From positions 558,001 through 622,000 of the forward strand of contig JAMWBK010000004.1 in NCBI GenBank assembly GCA_029953675.1: a stretch of DNA of 64,000 nt, in the 5' to 3' direction. Below the pieces are notes generated by a model. It had not been told where the DNA came from, did not search any database, and saw nothing but the letters and a program-made list of their open reading frames with translations. Positions 59,763 through 64,000 of the stretch are shown piece after piece. The position numbers were made by a program, and so were the translations under genes. This DNA comes from Rhodosorus marinus CCMP1338. Taxonomy: Eukaryota; Plantae; Rhodophyta. Numbering within the stretch: position 1 is the stretch's first letter; each line of letters opens with the position of its first letter.

Positions 59763-62700
59763 CTAAGCGCGGCGAAGTACTCGCGCCTCCAACATCAAAG
59801 CGGCATTCATGCGCCACAGCAGGAAACTTAAGCGGGTAAAAAACGATTGAAGACGGTCAGGGCGTTCGCGGAACAACTCCCGAAGCCAGCGAGAACCAAC
59901 AGAGTCCATGAACCCAAAGCACTCAATGATCAGGGGTACCAAGCGATGTGCTAGTGCCGAAGCACGAACACCAGGGGAAGACAAAGCCCCCGCGTATTTG
60001 ATCTCTTTGCGGCGTCTCATGCTGGCGGCGGCAGATCCACGGCGCTCCCCCGCAGCCGGGAGATAACGACTAGCTTGAGGGTTAGGAACAGCAAGATCAA
60101 CGTATGTGGTACGGCGGCTGTCGTCACAGGTGATCACCAGGTCGGCTACACGACGTTCATCATTTTGAAAGTCCGCGACGGGTAAAGGGCACACGTTCGA
60201 TTTCCAGACCGGCTTGCCCTGACTATAGGCCGAAGTTCCCGGTATAACAGGTTCAAGATCCGTGTATGGCGGCGGGTTCGAGCACCTTTCACCGCCGGGC
60301 AACTAGCGAGCAGGTGGGCGCCAAAATCTGCGTTGTCTTCAGTCTGAGAGCAGAGAGGGCACGATGAACCCATCTCGTACGGCCAAGGGGGCTGATGTAA
60401 GCCGAGGTATAAGCGCAGTGAAGTACGCGCTTCGAAATCCGACAGTGTGAGTGGCGGAAAGGCTGGTACGGTCATGAGCCACTGAGAGCTAATAACCCCT
60501 CCAAGACTACGTAGGCGGGCGCGAGCGCGAGAAGATGAGACCATCTGCGCGAGGAGTCGGCCATATGCAGCACGGTGCAAGTCCCAAGAAAGGATATTTT
60601 GCAGCGCATCCGTGCGTGCTTGAGCTCGGCTCCCAGCGCGCTGGGAATCATCAGGAGGATCAACTGGAACTTCTTCTTCTGCGGCAACCACTGGGTCAAT
60701 CTCCCCTAGAACAGGTTCAGGCGCAGGACGAATCCCCGGGGCGGAGCCTCGAGAGCGGTCAAATACAGCTCGCCAGTCAGGAAGACGGGGTTGAACGGTT
60801 TCGGGGAGACTAGTACAGGAATTCAGGGCGGTTTGGAGCTCCAGAAACAAGTCTTGGGCGCTTTCCGGTACGCTGGGAAGCAAGACACCCCGCGAGAGGC
60901 TCGCCATCAAATTGCGGAACTTCGAGATACCCAAGCTGCTCAAAGTGGGAAGTGCGGTTCCCCAGGCCCCTACTGCGGCTGCAGGTTGGACCACAACACG
61001 GTTGCAGAGGCCCAGTCCCCCCAATCGCAATGGGAGGCCTACCTGGGCGCGCACAACATCACAGGTGGGTCGCGGCAGAGCGCTCAGCTCTTCATCGAGA
61101 AAATACCCCAGGTCACGGAAACTTTCAGCATCCGCACGAGTTGCCAACCACCGGCCCCAATGAGTTGGAAGTGAGCGAAGCCAATAGGTTAACCGCTGAC
61201 TGCAACAATACCGAAAAAGCAACAACGAGCACTGGAGAAAGCCCGGAGGTAGCCGTCGAAGCTCTGCAACCAGCTGTCTGTGCTTACTGAGGAGCTGCAG
61301 CAACTCGCCTTCAACGAAGGACGGCGACCCGTAGGGGATGCCTAAGTGGACAAAACCATCCGGTCTCCAAATATCCTGGAACGACGCAGGTACCTGCTGC
61401 TCTTGTGCAGCTACACCTCCCCAGTAGAACGATTTGTGATGATTAACCTCCAAGTCAACCCGCGAAGCCAAGGAGCGAAGACGATCATAAGCGAGCGCTA
61501 GAGTATCAGGGGGCCCCAGGAGGCACACGTCGTCGTGGTATGCAACCGTACGAACCTGCGGGAATTCGGAGCGAAGACAAAGCAAGACGAGTTGTAGTCC
61601 ACAAGCATGTAGGAAAGGGGACAAGGGATCACCCTGTTGTACCCCTGTGCGCGCCGCAAACGTGTGTGAGGAAGCGCCAAGGGTGTCATAGGTAGCCCCA
61701 CGACCAAGCGGAGAATAAAGTCTACTAACAAAGGGAAATCCTACAGGGAAGACTTCGCGCACCACGTGCATGAGAGCCGGACGAGAGAGGCGGTTGAACG
61801 CATTGGTAAAATCTACAGAGAGGAGCCCGGAATCTGGGGAGTACGCCATTTCCGAACGGAGTAAAACAGACAACAACTCACAGCCACCACGATAGCCCAC
61901 GCCTAACTGCACGTGCCCAAAGAAACGGCGGGATTCGGGAACCAGGATTTTCACTAACCATCGCGCCGCCAATTTGCGGACCACCTCAACCAGGCCAATA
62001 GGGCGAATAGCAGGGCTCGAGGCCGTGTGGCCGGGCTTCGAAAGCAGACACAATTGCGAACGCCCGACCAAGAACCACGCACACTCACACAGGGGATCAC
62101 CATTCACAAGCGCTTCGACCACCCACGCCAACGCCTTCAAACCTTCATCACTTAAGAAACGGAGATATTCCACCTGCAGCCCCGAGGGCCCTGGGGAACG
62201 GCCCTTCGGAGCATCATGAACCAACTCACGCACCGCCTCCAGATTGACCACTAACCGCGCACTGGGATGTGGCGCGGCGCGGTACTCTTCCAACACTGAT
62301 TCAAACGAGGAGTCCCAAGGGGAGCCTTCCGAGGGAAAGAGCAAACGGAGCGGTGAAGAAAGATCATCGGAGTATGGAACCACAGGTTGCCGCTGCTGGA
62401 GGATCCCGGCTGCCCGCCGCAGATCACCGCCTGCCACCGCGTGACGCGCCCGATTCTGTCGAGAAGACCTAAAAGCTGAGGGAGCACTAGGAGAAAAGGA
62501 AGAGAGAGAAGCGAAATAAAGACGTTCGAGGTCCTCAAAGTCGCCGGAAAGGAACATTTGCAGTTTTCGGCGAGGGTGGACCCGGCGAGGATGTGGGTTG
62601 AGGGGGACGGTAGAGGAGGTGAGCACGAGGCGGGAAAAAAAGAACAAGAGTTCCCAGCGAAGAGAGCAGTGAGGGTTCGCGGCGACCTGCTGCCAGAGAA

Positions 62701-62905
62701 AATCCAACACCAATCCTAGGGGCTTATGAAGTCGACGAGGGAGCCGTACGGCCGTGCTCTGACGACAAAGGGGAAGGGAACCGTCCGGGTAGGAGGCGAC
62801 AATGTGCGAAAACCACGAGAGAACACGCTCATGCCAGGCTGAGCGGTCACTGGTAAACAGGGGTAACCGGGACGACACGCACGCGGAGGAGGAAGACTCA
62901 GACAT
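59763..62905 (-). CDS. Family B ORF2: reverse transcriptase + zinc knuckle + restriction-like endonuclease (frameshifted near 60200-60230)
   Basis: IRPIGLVE, QLGVG, VDFTNAFN, GVQQGDPLSP, AYHDDV, GFVHLGIPYG, LPLRLGGLGL, CPLC..HLLASC..RRH; RLE motifs RVADLV/YVDLAV/PLIIECFG lie in another frame. Confidence 0.88.
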
Positions 62906-63998
62906 CGGGCCTCCCCTCAGTCGGGAAGGCAGATCGAATATCCGGAGGAGGTGCCTCGGAGGGAGGCTCAGGAGCGGCACGACGTTTACGTGGGGGGCGC
63001 ACGAAGGAACTAAAAGACCTGAAGAAAGTAGACACAGGGTTTTCAGCAGCGGAGTCTTGACTGAGGGTGTCCAGAGCCAGCGGATTCGGAGAGGCCGATG
63101 GTGCTTCTGCCATGTCGGTGTCACGAGCCTCGGAGACAGGGCGAGGGGAGGAAGGGTGCTCAAGAGTCGGCGGCAGAAGGTCAAACGCAGGGTGGGCTTC
63201 CAGCAGGGTGGCCTCAGTGGAGAGGAAGGCCTCTAGCGCGGTGCAGAGGACCCCGCGAGGAGGAAAACGCGCGAAGAGGCTCGCCTGTATGCGCGAGAGC
63301 CGCGCCGCATGAGTGTGTAGCGCGACAACCGAAGCCTGCGAGGCATCCAGGTTTTTCAAGGCCGACGGAGGAACCCAGCCGGCGTCAAAACGATCGAACT
63401 CGACAAACAAAGAGACATGAGGACGAGTCAGTATCATGTTGGCCAGAGCAGAGCGCTGGGGCGCGGGGGTGGTTACAAGCGATTGAAGGAACTGGTAAAC
63501 CGAGTCAGTAACAAGAAAACAGGCATGAGGGCCCGTGAAGTCCACATATAGGAATTCAGACGGGGCGACCCCAAGGGAGGAAGCCATGGTGTGGCGAAAA
63601 TCGCGGTAGTGGACGGGCGCGCGGCCCCGACCACGAGAGGGGGTCTGGGGACGCACGTTCGTCATCCAAACAAAGTGGAACGGAGATAGTTGGCGAGAAG
63701 AGTCAAAAGGGATGTGTTGTGGCATCATACGCACCATTGCCGTCGTGCGTTGTTCAGAAGAGCCCCTGCGCAGGACCTGCGAATAGGTCGCACGTGGGGC
63801 ACTGGAGGGAGAAGGATTCGGGCCGGACGCGGGCCCAGGAGGCGTCTGTCCTTGAATAGGGGTAGGCCAGTCGGAATCAGGAATGACCGGAGCGGAGCGC
63901 TCGGGTCGGGTGGAGGCAGGCCCCGCTGTACCGTGCGGATCCGCGGGGACGGGCACCGGGGGGTATGGGGCAGGCGCGGAGGCGGAGAAGCGCCTCAA
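62898..63998 (-). CDS. Family B ORF1 (Pro/Ser-rich with a central globular region), possibly incomplete at the 5' end
   Basis: Open frame from the window edge (TTG) to TGA at 62898; overlaps the ORF2 ATG (ATGTCTGA). Confidence 0.7.
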   Translation of the reverse strand: MRRFSASAPAPYPPVPVPADPHGTAGPASTRPERSAPVIPDSDWPTPIQGQTPPGPASGPNPSPSSAPRATYSQVLRRGSSEQRTTAMVRMMPQHIPFDSSRQLSPFHFVWMTNVRPQTPSRGRGRAPVHYRDFRHTMASSLGVAPSEFLYVDFTGPHACFLVTDSVYQFLQSLVTTPAPQRSALANMILTRPHVSLFVEFDRFDAGWVPPSALKNLDASQASVVALHTHAARLSRIQASLFARFPPRGVLCTALEAFLSTEATLLEAHPAFDLLPPTLEHPSSPRPVSEARDTDMAEAPSASPNPLALDTLSQDSAAENPVSTFFRSFSSFVRPPRKRRAAPEPPSEAPPPDIRSAFPTEGRPDV

Positions 63999-64000
63999 AT

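Larger units (their letters stand above)
59708..64000 (-). mobile_element. Near-full-length CRE-like non-LTR retrotransposon, family B (5' end at or beyond the window edge)
   Basis: Two ORFs, RT + CCHC + RLE, short 3' UTR and (CATT)n tail. Confidence 0.95.

Overview
This is eukaryotic nuclear DNA with intron-poor genes; the U6 5' stem is plant/algal-like, so an alga is plausible but not demonstrable. Bases 1-13.5 kb show no recognisable transposons and carry two paralogous genes for secreted, basic proteins with three putative beta-sandwich domains. Bases ~13.9-46.5 kb are a four-unit tandem amplification of the module [secreted 301-aa protein with 32 mature Cys + decayed multi-copy ORF 'X' + Copia RT fragment]; three Cys-rich copies are intact and one is a pseudogene. 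The array and its flank (to ~60 kb) are riddled with two families of CRE-like non-LTR retrotransposons (RT + restriction-like endonuclease). Family A ends in telomere-like tandem tails such as (AGTAAAGTCC)n. Family B ends in (CATT)n and has a near-complete two-ORF copy at 59.7-64 kb. Also present are a short-LTR Copia derivative and an 891-aa secreted protein gene. The most striking signal is apparent template jumping by the family A reverse transcriptase. A full-length U6 snRNA and an 18S/ITS1 pre-rRNA junction fragment sit at 5' junctions inside target-site duplications (TSDs), alongside head-to-tail LINE chimeras and tail-only micro-insertions. Swapped TSDs show a ~5.5-6 kb inversion between two inverted family A copies. 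No searches were run; family assignments rest on visible motifs, and boundaries of degraded elements are approximate.
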